From assembly GCF_006345805.1 (NCBI RefSeq), contig NC_043009.1, positions 46,686,001-46,750,000 of the forward strand: 64,000 bases of DNA. Reading direction: 5' to 3'. The notes beneath the pieces were generated by a model. It was not told the DNA's origin and searched no databases. It saw only the letters and a list, made by a program, of their open reading frames with translations. Both the position numbers and the translations under genes were made by a program. Origin of the DNA: Octopus sinensis (lineage: Eukaryota). This document shows positions 52,453 to 64,000 of the stretch, in pieces (position 1 is the first letter of the stretch; every line of letters begins with the position of its first letter).

Positions 52453-53529
52453 GGTATGTAGAAAAATACAACATGGACAAGAACGTATAACTCATAGAAG
52501 ACGATACAATAAACATGGACAGGACATTCGAACCCCTCAGTCTTCAGTCAAGAACCGGATCATCGTAGTAATTTCGGCTGATTAATCTTGAGATTACTAG
52601 ATCACGGCCAGCCCTCCAAGAAAAACTAAGCTGGAAGCGTAGATTTCCTGGAAGAAGGATCGAATGCATACGAACACCAGGACAGCAAAAGGGACAGATA
52701 TAAAAAAAACAAAAAACAATAATGGAATACAGAAACATGAAATACAGAAGCATTAACGGTGAAAACAACAAGTGTCTTACGACTGATAACAAGCAAACAA
52801 ATTTTTTCTCTGGCGCATTGGAAAAAGCCTTTATAGCGGCGGACGAAGAACAACGATGTTAACACGACGAGGGTCAGGAGCTGAAAGGCAGATTTCGGCA
52901 ACAGTCACGTGACAGAGAAGAGGGAAAAGAAAAGAAAGAGAGAGAGAGAAAAGGGGGACAAAACGCAACAAAGAGAGAGAAGAGAGAGAAAGAAGGAATC
53001 AGAGAGGAGAAGGGATGGGTGTCGAAGAATGACCTGTGAGTGCAGAGCGAGACAAAGAAATAGGAGGGTAGTGGAAGACTAGACCAAAGGATCAGAGGAA
53101 AGAGAAGATGAATAGAGAGAAAGTAAAAATGAGAGAGAGAGAGAGACAAACAGAGAGTCGTACCAATTATTAAGAATATGTGTTCACATTAATGATAAAG
53201 GGGGTACGGGGCGCCTGGAATATATGTTAAGGTATGTAGAAAAATACAACATGGACAAGAACGTATAACTCATAGAAGACGATACAATAAACATGGACAG
53301 GACATTCGAACCCCTCAGTCTTCAGTCAAGAACCGGATCATCGTAGTAATTTCGGCTGATTAATCTTGAGATTACTAGATCACGGCCAGCCCTCCAAGAA
53401 AAACTAAGCTGGAAGCGTAGATTTCCTGGAAGAAGGATCGAATGCATACGAACACCAGGACAGCAAAAGGGACAGATATAAAAAAAACAAAAAACAATAA
53501 TGGAATACAGAAACATGAAATACAGAAGC

Positions 53530-53533
<4 letters not shown>
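52449..53533 (-). mobile_element. Non-coding element: 307-bp direct repeats (52449-52755, 53227-53533) around a 471-bp interior, inserted in (TA)n; PLE partial-tandem / retrozyme-like
   Basis: The repeats look identical by eye at an offset of 778. Each holds a hammerhead-like motif on the minus strand. A second copy of the whole element lies at 54275-55360. Confidence 0.75.
52537..52603 (-). ncRNA. Candidate non-circularly permuted hammerhead ribozyme (also 53315-53381, 54363-54429, 55143-55208)
   Basis: Minus strand gatc-TAGTAA-TC-TCAAGA-ttaa-TCAGCC-GAAA-TTACTA-cgatgatccggt-TCTTGA-CTGAAGA-CTGA. Stem I (6 bp) and stem III (7 bp) are perfect and both core strands are present. Confidence 0.55.
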
Positions 53534-53588
<55 letters not shown>

Positions 53589-53589
53589 G

Positions 53590-53790
53590 CACACATGTCT
53601 TTAAGATTTCGCGAAAGACCTATCTGAAAGCCCAAGACTTCGAGTTCTTTTTCAGGGCTTAGAAAAACCGAAGGAATGCTGGAATAAATGTTTGGATCTC
53701 AGAGTGGAATATGTTTAATAAAATCATAACTAACCGATCTTCCTGTATTTTCTTTTACCCACACCCAGGAACATTTCAGCCTCCCCTTGT
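53590..53790 (+). mobile_element. Mariner 3' terminal fragment (duplicated at ~55420-55620)
   Basis: [32 protein letters not shown], then TIR-like GGAACATTTCAGCCTCCCCTTG. Confidence 0.75.
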
Positions 53791-53793
53791 GTG

Positions 53794-53839
<46 letters not shown>

Positions 53840-53868
53840 ATATAATATATATATACATATATATACAT

Positions 53869-53901
<33 letters not shown>

Positions 53902-55356
53902 ACATATATATATACATATATATATACATATACATATATATACATATATATATACATATATATATATATATAGTTGAAATTTACAGAAAAAAAAAAGACG
54001 AAGACAGGTGTACGAACAACAAGGAGGTGTATTAGTTTGATACTCAGGAAGATGAGAAAGTCTTTTAAGTTACGAGCCTACGGTCTTGAACAGAAAAGAA
54101 CACGAACAAATAAACAGAGAGAGAATAAAGAAAGACTTGTGGATTTATGGCCAATCATATGTATATGTATATGTATATATATATGTATATATATAAATAT
54201 GTATATATATATATGTATTATATATATATATATACATGCATATATATATATATCTATATATATATATATATATATTAAGGTATGTAGAAAAATACAACAT
54301 GGACAAGAACGTATAACTCATAGAAGACGATACAATAAACATGGACAGGACATTCGAACCCCTCAGTCTTCAGTCAAGAACCGGATCATCGTAGTAATTT
54401 CGGCTGATTAATCTTGAGATTACTAGATCACGGCCAGCCCTCCAAGAAAAACTAAGCTGGAAGCGTAGATTTCCTGGAAGAAGGATCGAATGCATACGAA
54501 CACCAGGACAGCAAAAGGGACAGATATAAAAAAAACAAAAAACAATAATGGAATACAGAAACATGAAATACAGAAGCATTAACGGTGAAAACAACAAGTG
54601 TCTTACGACTGATAACAAGCAAACAAATTTTTTCTCTGGCGCATTGGAAAAAGCCTTTATAGCGGCGGACGAAGAACAACGATGTTAACACGACGAGGGT
54701 CAGGAGCTGAAAGGCAGATTTCGGCAACAGTCACGTGACAGAGAAGAGGGAGGGAAAAGAAAAGAAAGAGAGAGAGAGAAAAGGGGGACAAAACGCAACA
54801 AAGAGAGAGAAGAGAGAGAAAGAAGGAATCAGAGAGGAGAAGGGATGGGTGTCGAAGAATGACCTGTGAGTGCAGAGCGAGACAAAGAAATAGGAGGGTA
54901 GTGGAAGACTAGACCAAAGGATCAGAGGAAAGAGAAGATGAATAGAGAGAAAGTAAAAATGAGAGAGAGAGAGAGACAAACAGAGAGTCGTACCAATTAT
55001 TAAGAATATGTGTTCACATTAATGATAAAGGGGTACGGGGCGCTGGAATATATGTTAAGGTATGTAGAAAAATACAACATGGACAAGAACGTATAACTCA
55101 TAGAAGACGATACAATAAACATGGACAGGACATTCGAACCCCTCAGTCTTCAGTCAAGAACCGGATCATCGTAGTAATTTCGGCTGATTAATCTGAGATT
55201 ACTAGATCACGGCCAGCCCTCCAAGAAAAACTAAGCTGGAAGCGTAGATTTCCTGGAAGAAGGATCGAATGCATACGAACACCAGGACAGCAAAAGGGAC
55301 AGATATAAAAAAAACAAAAAACAATAATGGAATACAGAAACATGAAATACAGAAGC

Positions 55357-55417
<61 letters not shown>

Positions 55418-55621
55418 GCACACATGTCTTTAGATTTCGCGAAAGACCTATCTGAAAGCCCAAGACTTCGAGTTCTTTTTCAGGGCTTAGAAAAACCGAA
55501 GGAATGCTGGAATAAATGTTTGGATCTCAGAGTGGAATATGTTTAATAAAATCATAACTAACCGATCTTCCTGTATTTTCTTTTACCCACACCCAGGAAC
55601 ATTTCAGCCTCCCCTTGTGTG

Positions 55622-55702
<81 letters not shown>

Positions 55703-56033
55703 CATATATATACATATATATATATATATATACATATATATATACATATATATATACATATACATATATATATACATATATATATATACATATATATATA
55801 TAATAGTTGAAATTTACAGAAAAACAAAAGACGAAGACAGGTGTACGAACAACAAGGAGGTGTATTAGTTTGATACTCAGGAAGATGAGAAAGTCTTTTA
55901 AGTTACGAGCCTACGGTCTTGAACAGAAAAGAACACGAACAAATAAACAGAGAGAGAATAAAGAAAGACTTGTGGATTTATGGCCAATCATATGTATATG
56001 TATATGTATATATATATGTATTATATAAATATG

Positions 56034-56067
<34 letters not shown>

Positions 56068-56086
56068 TGCATATAATATATATATG

Positions 56087-56122
<36 letters not shown>

Positions 56123-56412
56123 CATGCATTATATATATATATATGTATATATATATGCATATATATATAGATATATATATATATATTATATATATATATA
56201 TATATATAATACATATGTATATATATATATAATATATACATGCATATATGTATATTCATGTTTATAAATATAAATATATATGAGTATATATATATATATA
56301 TATACACACACACATATATTTATATTTATAAACATATATATATATGTATATATACATATATATATGCATATACATATATATGTATATGTGTGTGTGTGTG
56401 TGTATGTGTGTG

Positions 56413-56480
<68 letters not shown>

Positions 56481-56853
56481 TGTATGCTTGAATGTTGACG
56501 ACATCAACTCTTCGGTGTCTGTAACCCGTCACATTTTACATTTTGGGATGATTTCAATGCAGGAATGAGAAGTAGAGTTTCCGAACGTGTGACCATCCAT
56601 TAGGTAACGCTGGAAAGAAAGTTTCGACTGCAGTGCGATGTCCCGAGATGTTTTGCAGCTGGGGCCATCTGTAAATGAAACAATACTATTTGCTGCACTT
56701 TTACTGAGATATAGTGACCACAAAATAGAATTAAACTGAAGCAAGTGAAATGCTTGCCATAAGGGTGATGTTGATTTCTTTCGTTGCCGCTTGTTGTCCC
56801 GTCTGCCACCAGTTCATAGTCGATTGCAAGTGTCGACTCAGAGATATATATAA

Positions 56854-57084
56854 GGCGGCGAACTGGCAGAAACGTTAGCGCGCCGGGTGAAATGCGTGGC
56901 CGTATTTCGTCTGTCGTTACGTTCTGAGTTCAAATTCCGCCGAGGTCGACTTTGCCTTTCATCCTCTCGGGGTCGATAAATAAAGTACCAGTTTCGCACT
57001 GGGTCGATGTAATCGATTCAATCCCTTTGTCTGTCCTTGTTTGTCCCCTCTATGTTTAGCCCCTTGTGGGTAGTAAAGAAATAG
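56854..57084 (+). mobile_element. SINE family B, full length
   Basis: GGCGGCGAACTGGCAGAAACG...GAGTTCAAATTCC (B-box-like)...AAAGAAATAG; matches 13706-13937. Confidence 0.9.
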
Positions 57085-57124
57085 ATATATAGAGGGAAAG
57101 GAAGCAAAGGAGAGAATGAAAGAG

Positions 57125-57162
<38 letters not shown>

Positions 57163-58041
57163 AAGTAGGGTAGCAGAATGTGAAAAACATGCGTGAGATA
57201 GAAAACAGAGAGAGGAGGGTGAGAGAGCGAGAGAGAGAGAGGTGAGAGGAGAGAAAGTGGAGGGAAGAGAGAGAGAGAGAGAGAGACATAAGGTAAGGAC
57301 GATGCATTGCTGCGATCTGCAACTGTTGCTCCAGTTTTAGTTTAACTGCAGTACGAGCAGAAACTAAAGCTTACCATGCATGTATAAATAGTTGTTGACG
57401 AGACACAACTGCATAAGTGAAAACTTGTTTGTGAAAATAGTCCTATGCCACATCACAGTTCAGTAAATGTTGCTTTCTTTGATATTATGCATAAAGAATG
57501 TGTGTGTGTATGTGTGTATGTGTGTCTGTGTGTCTTTTATATGATATGCATAACAAACGAGTGTGTGCGTGTGGGCGTGTGTGCTTTTGTCTTTTTTTAT
57601 GCTATACGTAACAAATATGTGTGTGTGTCTGTCTATCCGTTTGATAATGGTTAAGTGGTCTAACAGTTAGACAACTTAGTTTACACCGTAAATTAATTTA
57701 AAATCAACTTTTGTTCTACAACATTCAGATTTAGGTATATTTCACACGCCCACACATGTTCACACAAGCTTGCACAGACACATCCCCACACGCACATACA
57801 ATAAAAGAAGAAAGTTTTTCTTTCGGAAATTTTTTTTACGACTAACCTCTAAACCAGTGGTTTGTAATCTTTACTTTGCACCGCACCCTATAAGAAGTAT
57901 CTGATTAATTGTTGCCGCTTACTACAACTAATACCAGATTTGGGGAGAGAAAGAAAACCAACGGAGAGAGAAAAAAATGCACAGAATTCAACGGACTAGC
58001 TTGACAAGATGACCGGGGGAAAAAAAAGGCTGAATAAAAGA

Positions 58042-58097
<56 letters not shown>

Positions 58098-58439
58098 TAA
58101 ATAAAACATATGCATATATATATATATATACATATATGTACGTACCTACCTCTACATGTATATATACACGCATATATGAGTACAGGACACCAAAAAACGT
58201 CGAACACAATGAGAAACGAAAACATAGACACAAACACAAGGAACTGGACATTTTTCTTAAACAACAAAAAAATAGAGTACAGGACAAATAACACAAGGAA
58301 AAACCCCTTCTTCAGTCGCCATAGTTTCATCTACTCTACGTTTCGAAGGTATGTATGTATGTATGTATGTATGTATGTATGTATGTATGTATGTATGTAT
58401 GTATGTATGTATGTAGTATGTATGTATGTAAATACACCA

Positions 58440-58830
58440 CTTCAGAACTTTGGGTCATTCTTTATTACCAGTTTCGTTTGTTTATGCACTCATCTAGACA
58501 AAATCAAAATCAAAATCCTTTAAAGAGAACGTTTCGCCATTCATTTATATGCTCTCTTTCTCTCTCTCACTTCTTCAAAAAAAAAATTTTTTTTAAATAA
58601 TATTCTCCTCATCTAAACAAAACAAAACAAAAATATCCGATACATATAAATGAAGAACGAACTCTCGATCCCTTTTACAAAAAAAAAAAATCAAAACAAT
58701 ATTCTCCTCTTCTAAGCAGAACTAAAAGACATCCGATTCGTATAAATGAACAACGAAACGTTCTGTTTTTACCATTTTGTTTTTGATTTTGTCTTGACGA
58801 GTTCGTAAAGAATGGAAAAGTTCTTACTGT
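58440..58830. repeat. Inverted pseudo-LTR-like pair, each arm with a decayed hammerhead-like motif
   Basis: 58440-58550 is approximately the reverse complement of 58740-58830. Minus 58462-58501 reads TTGT-CT(A)GATGA-GTGC..AAAC-GAAA-CTGG-TA-ATAA; plus ~58790 reads TTGACGA-GTTC..GAAT. Confidence 0.55.
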
Positions 58831-58849
58831 GTATATATATATGTATAGA

Positions 58850-58890
<41 letters not shown>

Positions 58891-58891
58891 A

Positions 58892-59759
58892 CAAGGTCTG
58901 ATCAATAATTACCTGGACTGTTGCCATAGCAACAAGGCCACACCACGCAGAGTGAAGTTTCTTCGGACAGATTGACCTTGAACTCTGCTGTGCATGCGCA
59001 CTAAGGTATAACGTTCTAGCTCACTTCCGCTGTTTACAGCAGTGCTTAGAAGGAAGGTCTGTAGCGTGTGATCCACGTGTTGACCATAACAGAGAAAGCT
59101 GTGATGGTGATACCTGCTCAGAGGCCAATGCAAAGTTGCAAAATATGTATGGGGAGGAGTATATGAGCCGCACACAATTGTACGAGTGGTTCAGACGTTT
59201 CCAAGCTGGCCCCCAAAAATGTCGATATTGACGAATGTTCTAGAAGACCCGCAACCAGCAGAATTGAGAAAACATCGCAGATGTACGTGCAGCTGTGAGG
59301 GGAAATCGTCGAATCACCATCCGTGAGTTATCAGAGGATGTTGCAGATTAGTCACGGTTCAGTTCAGTCCATCATCACTGAAGATTTGGGTATGACACAG
59401 TGAATGCTAAGTTTATTCGAAAACTGCTTTCAGCTAACCAAATAGACACTCAGTTTTCAGTTGTGCAAGTTGATTGGATCGAGAACGATGAAAACATTTT
59501 GAAAACACTGCATTGGCCATTGAGCAGGTATCGCCATGCTTTTGGCAAAATTTTATGCAGTTTCTCTGCTCAACTTTCTCTGTTATGGTTATGCGACAAT
59601 CACAAGCTACACGCCTTCCTTCTAAGCACTGCTAGAACGTTAACACTTAGTGCGTATGTATAGCAGAGTTCAAGGTCAATATGTGCCAAGCGGCTTTACT
59701 CACCGTCCTTTAGCTTCATTACTATAGCAACAGTCCGGATAATTATTGGTCAGACCACG
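58892..59759 (+). mobile_element. Mariner derivative made of two inward-facing 5' ends
   Basis: TIRs CAAGGTCTGATCAATAATTA / TAATTATTGGTCAGACCACG-TA. 58892-59135 is mirrored at 59505-59759. The interior encodes VYGEEYMSRTQLYEWFRRF..NRRITIREL..IITEDLGM. Confidence 0.85.
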
Positions 59760-59802
<43 letters not shown>

Positions 59803-59803
59803 T

Positions 59804-61072
59804 TAGGGGTTGGACAAAATTATGGAAACACGTTAAAATTTCCAACAAATTTATTCTAATATGGAGTAGGACCACCTTTGGCAGTAATTACAGCTTGAAT
59901 TCTATAAGGTATGGACTCATACAAAGTTTTAATTGTTTCCAAAGGAATTTTTTTATCCATTCTTCAGCTAAAACAGTTTCCATTTCTTGTAGTGATGATG
60001 GTGGTGGATATTGACTCCTTACAGGCTTTTCTAAAATGTGCCATAAATGTTCAATAATATTGAGATTGGAGACTGTGGTGGTCAGATAAGATTTCAACTT
60101 CACTAGAATGTTCCTCGTGCCATTCAGTAACAACTTTAGCTGTGTACATTGGTGCATTATCGTCCGGAAAGATTGCATTTCCCTCCGGAAACAGTTCTGC
60201 AACCATAGGACGAATTTGATGAGATAAAATGCTTAAATAGTCTTGACTATTAATTCTTCCATGAAGGGACACCATTGGCACTGGCGGATTTCCAAGATAT
60301 AGCCCCACCCAGATCATCACTGATCCTCCTCTATGTTTAACAGTTTGAAGAAGGTAGTCTGGGTCAAGTGCTCTTTTAGCTGTCCTCACACGTATACTCG
60401 GCCAGTGGTCGGACATAATGTAAAGGATTACTCATCCGAGAAAATAACATTCTTCCACTGCTCTAGAGACCAATTCTGCAGGTTTTTACTCCACTCTAAA
60501 TGCTTTCCAACGTTTGATTTTGAAAGTAGTGGTTTTCTGATTGCAACCCTCCTGTGAAATCCAACTTTGTGCACCTCCCGGCGAACAGTTTTTGAGGAAA
60601 CTGGGTTCTCGAGGTGGTCATTAAGTTCTGCAGCAATTTTGGGAGCTGTACTTTTGTGATCCTTTCTAACAATTCGCGTAAGAGTCCGACGTGCCCTATC
60701 TGAAAGTTTGGGTTTTCTTCTAGAGTTTTGTTTCGACGAGGTTTTCTCCTCTTTCTCAAAGGCTGTCATTACTTTCAAAACAGTACTTCTTGATGCACCA
60801 AACATTTCGACTGTTTTCTTTACGCTAGCGCCTGCCATACGAACACCAACAATTTGACCACTTTGAATGTCCTATAGATCTGTCATTTTAATGAATTCTA
60901 ATTACCTTTTTCTAATGATATCTGAAAAGAAACAGCAATTTTAGCAAAACATATTGAGCTCACTAATAATAAATCAAAAACATAAAAATAAACAAGCTTT
61001 TGACGGTTTTATAGATATTTCAAAATTATGATGCTATGATACTTGGTATTTCCATTTTTTTGTCAACCCCTG
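59804..61072 (-). mobile_element. Full-length Tc1 (DD34E) transposon, frameshifted
   Basis: TIRs (C/T)AGGGGTTG(G)ACAAAA..ATGGAAA. Motifs RKPKLSDR, WKNVIFSDE, TVKHRGGSVMIW, FPDDNAPM and NLNIIEHLW. Confidence 0.95.
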
Positions 61073-61073
61073 T

Positions 61074-61185
<112 letters not shown>

Positions 61186-61311
61186 GTGTGTGTGTGTGTG
61201 TGTATGTGTGTGTGTCTGTGTCTGTGCGTGCGCGCGTGTGTGTGTATGTATGTATATATTACTTATTTAAAGGACACAATACATGTCTGAAAGTGCTATT
61301 AATAGATTCAT

Positions 61312-61541
61312 AGTCTTTTACTCTTTTACTTGTTTCAGTCATTTGACTGCGGCCATGCTGGAGCTCTACCTTTAGACGAATGAATCGATCCAAGGACTTG
61401 TGCTTTGTAAGCCTAGTACTTATTGTATTGGTCCCTTTTTGCCGAAGTGCTAAGTGACAAGGACGTAAATGCACCAACATCGGTTGTCAAGCGATGGCGT
61501 GGGAGAAACACAGACACAAGTAACAAACACATACATCTATA

Positions 61542-61601
<60 letters not shown>

Positions 61602-61744
61602 CGACGGGCTTTTTTCAGTTTCCTCACATTGCTTTGGTCGGCTCGAGGCTATAGTAGAAAAATTTGCCCAAGTTGCCACTCAGTGGAACTGAACCCGCAA
61701 CTGGCTGGGAAGCAAGCTTCTTACCACACATCCACTCCTACGCC
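61312..61744 (-). mobile_element. SINE family A, full length, inserted into an inverted pseudo-LTR copy
   Basis: Reverse complement of the 22530-22925 family. Its flanks (61256-61310 and 61745-61792) join into the antisense of 61803-61910. Confidence 0.85.
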
Positions 61745-61817
61745 TATGTTGAGAAATATCTCAAACATATTCATCAGGCACAAGCCACATATCATAATGA
61801 TGTATGATATGTAGTTT

Positions 61818-61872
61818 GTGCCTGATGAATATATTTGAGATAATTCTCAACATATGAAACGGTAAGTAGCAC
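61818..61872 (+). ncRNA. Type I hammerhead ribozyme, near-canonical
   Basis: GTGC-CTGATGA-ATAT.TTGAGA(taat)TCTCAA.ATAT-GAAA-C(ggtaa)G-TA-GCAC. Intact core, 4-bp stem I, 10-bp stem II, GUA site. Confidence 0.75.
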
Positions 61873-62539
61873 TTAAAGGCATGTATTGTGTCCTTTAAAT
61901 AAATAATATTTATCTCCTACCAGATGGAGTAGTTTTTCTTTTTTTGTTGTTGAATTGGATCTAGTATGTTTCAGTCACCAAATCTGCATTTTTTAAAAGG
62001 AAGTAAAAAATCTGAAAATTGGATATATTGATGCAGTTTTATAAGCTTATTCCTGTTAATCCATGAACTTGTGGAAAAATAATTTGATGAAAATGTTACA
62101 GACGCTGAAAAATCGAAAAAATAATCTTTGTATTTTAGCCAATAATGAGACAGGAACGTTCTGTGTTGTAGCGGTGTCAACGTATCGGTTTCAGCTTTAA
62201 GGTTGTACCCTGTGAAATCTATAGTTTAGCGTATGTGAAATGACCTCTTCATCGTAGGTTTCTAAATAAAGATAAATAACTAATAAAGCCAACATGTATT
62301 ATCTTACTGTTTCTTTTGTCTCTTCATTGTTTTCTATAGTGTTTTATATGATTTTATGATTTTTAAAATTTGTTATGTTAATATATTTGTCTGTATGTGT
62401 TTGCTTTACGTTAGTTTTTACAGTTGTACTTTATGAAGCAATTGATTTCTACACACGGAGTCAATATGGGTTGCGTATTTCAGTATTATGTATACCTGTC
62501 ATGTATTTGTGTACATCATTAATATATATGTGCAGGTGG

Positions 62540-62692
62540 AATACCCTTCCTTGGAAGAGATAAGTACTGCTATCAAAAAACTTTCTAATGGTAAAGCTCT
62601 TCAACAAGACGATGTTCCTTTAGAGATGGACAAGCTTGGTAGCAGACAACTGTGCAAATTGATCTATCTGATGTGGGAAACTGGATCTGTTG
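62540..62692 (+). mobile_element. RTE-like LINE fragment (pre-RT region)
   Basis: PSLEEISTAIKKLSNGKALQQDDVPLE..LCKLIYLMWETGSV. Confidence 0.75.
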
Positions 62693-63152
62693 TTGTTGAG
62701 CGTATTCGGGCTTGTGTTAGGAGACTTTTCATAGATTTGGGTTGTCTCTTGCTTTTTATGATGGTGGGCGTTTGGAGAATTAAATTCATTCTGAGGTCCC
62801 TTTTAATAGGGAAATGTTTTGGAGGATGGTGTCGAAGGCTTCATTGTTAAGAGGGTTTTGTGCGGAGATGTATGGTAGGGCTTTTGGTTGTAAATCTTTC
62901 TTTAATTTGGGATATCTGAGTTCGTGGATGTTGAGTTGTAGGGCACGTTAAAAGCATATGTCAATTAGTGATGGTGGGTAGTTACTGGTGATGGGTATAT
63001 CCTTTTGTTCAGGTAGTCGTGTGTCCCTGGTGCCTGTATTAAAAACTATAGTACAAATCCTTTTTTCTAGATTGACAGGGATATTCATTCTAGTGTGTCT
63101 TGGGCGGCATGAGTTGAACGGTAGATATTGCTTGGAATCCATGGGATTATAG
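62693..63152 (-). mobile_element. Penelope-like RT thumb fragment, interrupted by a mariner
   Basis: YYNPMDSKQYLPFNSCRPRHTRMNIPVNLEKRICTIV..RDTRL..NYPPSLID. Confidence 0.85.
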
Positions 63153-63154
63153 TA

Positions 63155-64000
63155 TTCGGTTGGCAAACTAAGTTCCCGCCGTTTTTTAAAAATTTAAATG
63201 TTTTAAAAGGTTTGATAAAGAAATAACAACTAATTAATCAATAATGTATTCACCTTTGTTGTTTACGAATTCTTCCCAACGTTCAAGAAGATTTTCAAAA
63301 CCTTGTTGGTAGAAATCACCCGATTTCGACTCGAAAAATTGATCCAGCCAAGCTCTCAATTCTGCATCAGTATTGAACGAAACTCCGTGCATAACATTTG
63401 AAAGAGATCGAAAGAGGTGGAAATCCGTTGGTGCCAAATCAGGAGAGTACGGCGCGTGTGGCAGCACTTCCCAGTCATGTATTTGAATGGCTTCCTTGGT
63501 CATATTGGTGATATGAGGGCGGGAGTTGTCGTGCAGCAGAACTCCATGCTGCCAATTAGGTCTTTTCTCTTGAATAGCCGTGTTGAGTCTTTCCATCTGT
63601 TGAACATAGGGCTCCACGTTGGACATTTAGTTCCGTTCAAGCAATTCGTAATAGATAATCCCTTCCCAGTCCCACCATATGCACAACATCGTTTTACGCG
63701 GATGAAGATCTTGCTTCACGCGCGGTATCGCGTGTTTACCAGCGCTAACCCATTCCTTATGCTGCTTCATATTGTTGTACAGGTACCATTTTTCGTCGCC
63801 AGTAACGATTCGTTAAAGAAATTGTTGCTTGTGTCCATGTGTTGAGCGGTGGCGAGCAAGCAAACCAGCGGATATTGTGGCTCGTTGATTTTTGTTGTTG
63901 TCAATTAAGTATGCGGAACCCATGCTCTATGCTTCTGAACCTTTCCCATCGAGTGAAGATGCTTCTCTATAGCAGTGTGCAAGAATTCCATTTTCTCTGG
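63155..64000 (-). mobile_element. Mariner (DD34D) transposon, 3' part (runs off window end)
   Basis: TA then TIR TTCGGTTGGCAAACTAAGTTCCCGCCG. Motifs IVTGDEKW, LHDNSRPH and LPHAPYSPDLAPTDFHLF. Confidence 0.95.

Larger units (their letters stand above)
52449..56000. repeat. Near-identical tandem duplication, period ~1826 bp
   Basis: 52449-54274 is repeated from 54275. Differences are mostly microsatellite lengths and short indels. Confidence 0.95.

Noticed and set aside
52449-55360. CRISPR-like or LTR-retrotransposon (TRIM) interpretation of the four 307-bp repeats
   Set aside because: The repeats are too long and the spacers repeat. No TG..CA termini or primer-binding site seen.
56490-56810. 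Possible spliced minus-strand reading (SRDIALQ..RYLMDG) with a GC-AG intron
   Set aside because: It has an in-frame stop, no recognisable domain and a weak donor.

Overview
AT-rich, microsatellite-dense animal genomic DNA. It is most likely an octopus (inferred from the tRNA-derived SINE families, the repeat landscape and the single-exon C2H2 gene; no database search was run). There is one clear host gene: a 1251-aa single-exon ORF (40852-44607, +) with a ~900-aa N/S-rich N-terminus and 12 C-terminal C2H2 fingers. Everything else I could interpret is mobile-element debris: Tc1/mariner copies and MITEs, RTE, R4/Dong-like and L1/Tx1 LINE fragments, three SINE families, a probable Helitron 5' end, and many Penelope-like (PLE) fragments. 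Most short ORFs in the supplied track are microsatellite artefacts. Two signals stand out. (1) About a dozen hammerhead-ribozyme-like motifs sit in PLE pseudo-LTR-like repeats. These include a near-canonical type I hammerhead (61818-61872) and a candidate NON-circularly permuted hammerhead carried in 307-bp direct repeats 778 nt apart (52449-53533, duplicated at 54275-55360), a retrozyme-like layout. (2) A 1.6-kb poly(A)-tailed, TSD-flanked retroelement encodes only an L1/Tx1-type ORF1-like protein (10410-12044, HAL1-like); a diverged homolog lies at 18.6-20.4 kb. All RNA folds and protein family assignments were made by eye and need computational and experimental confirmation.
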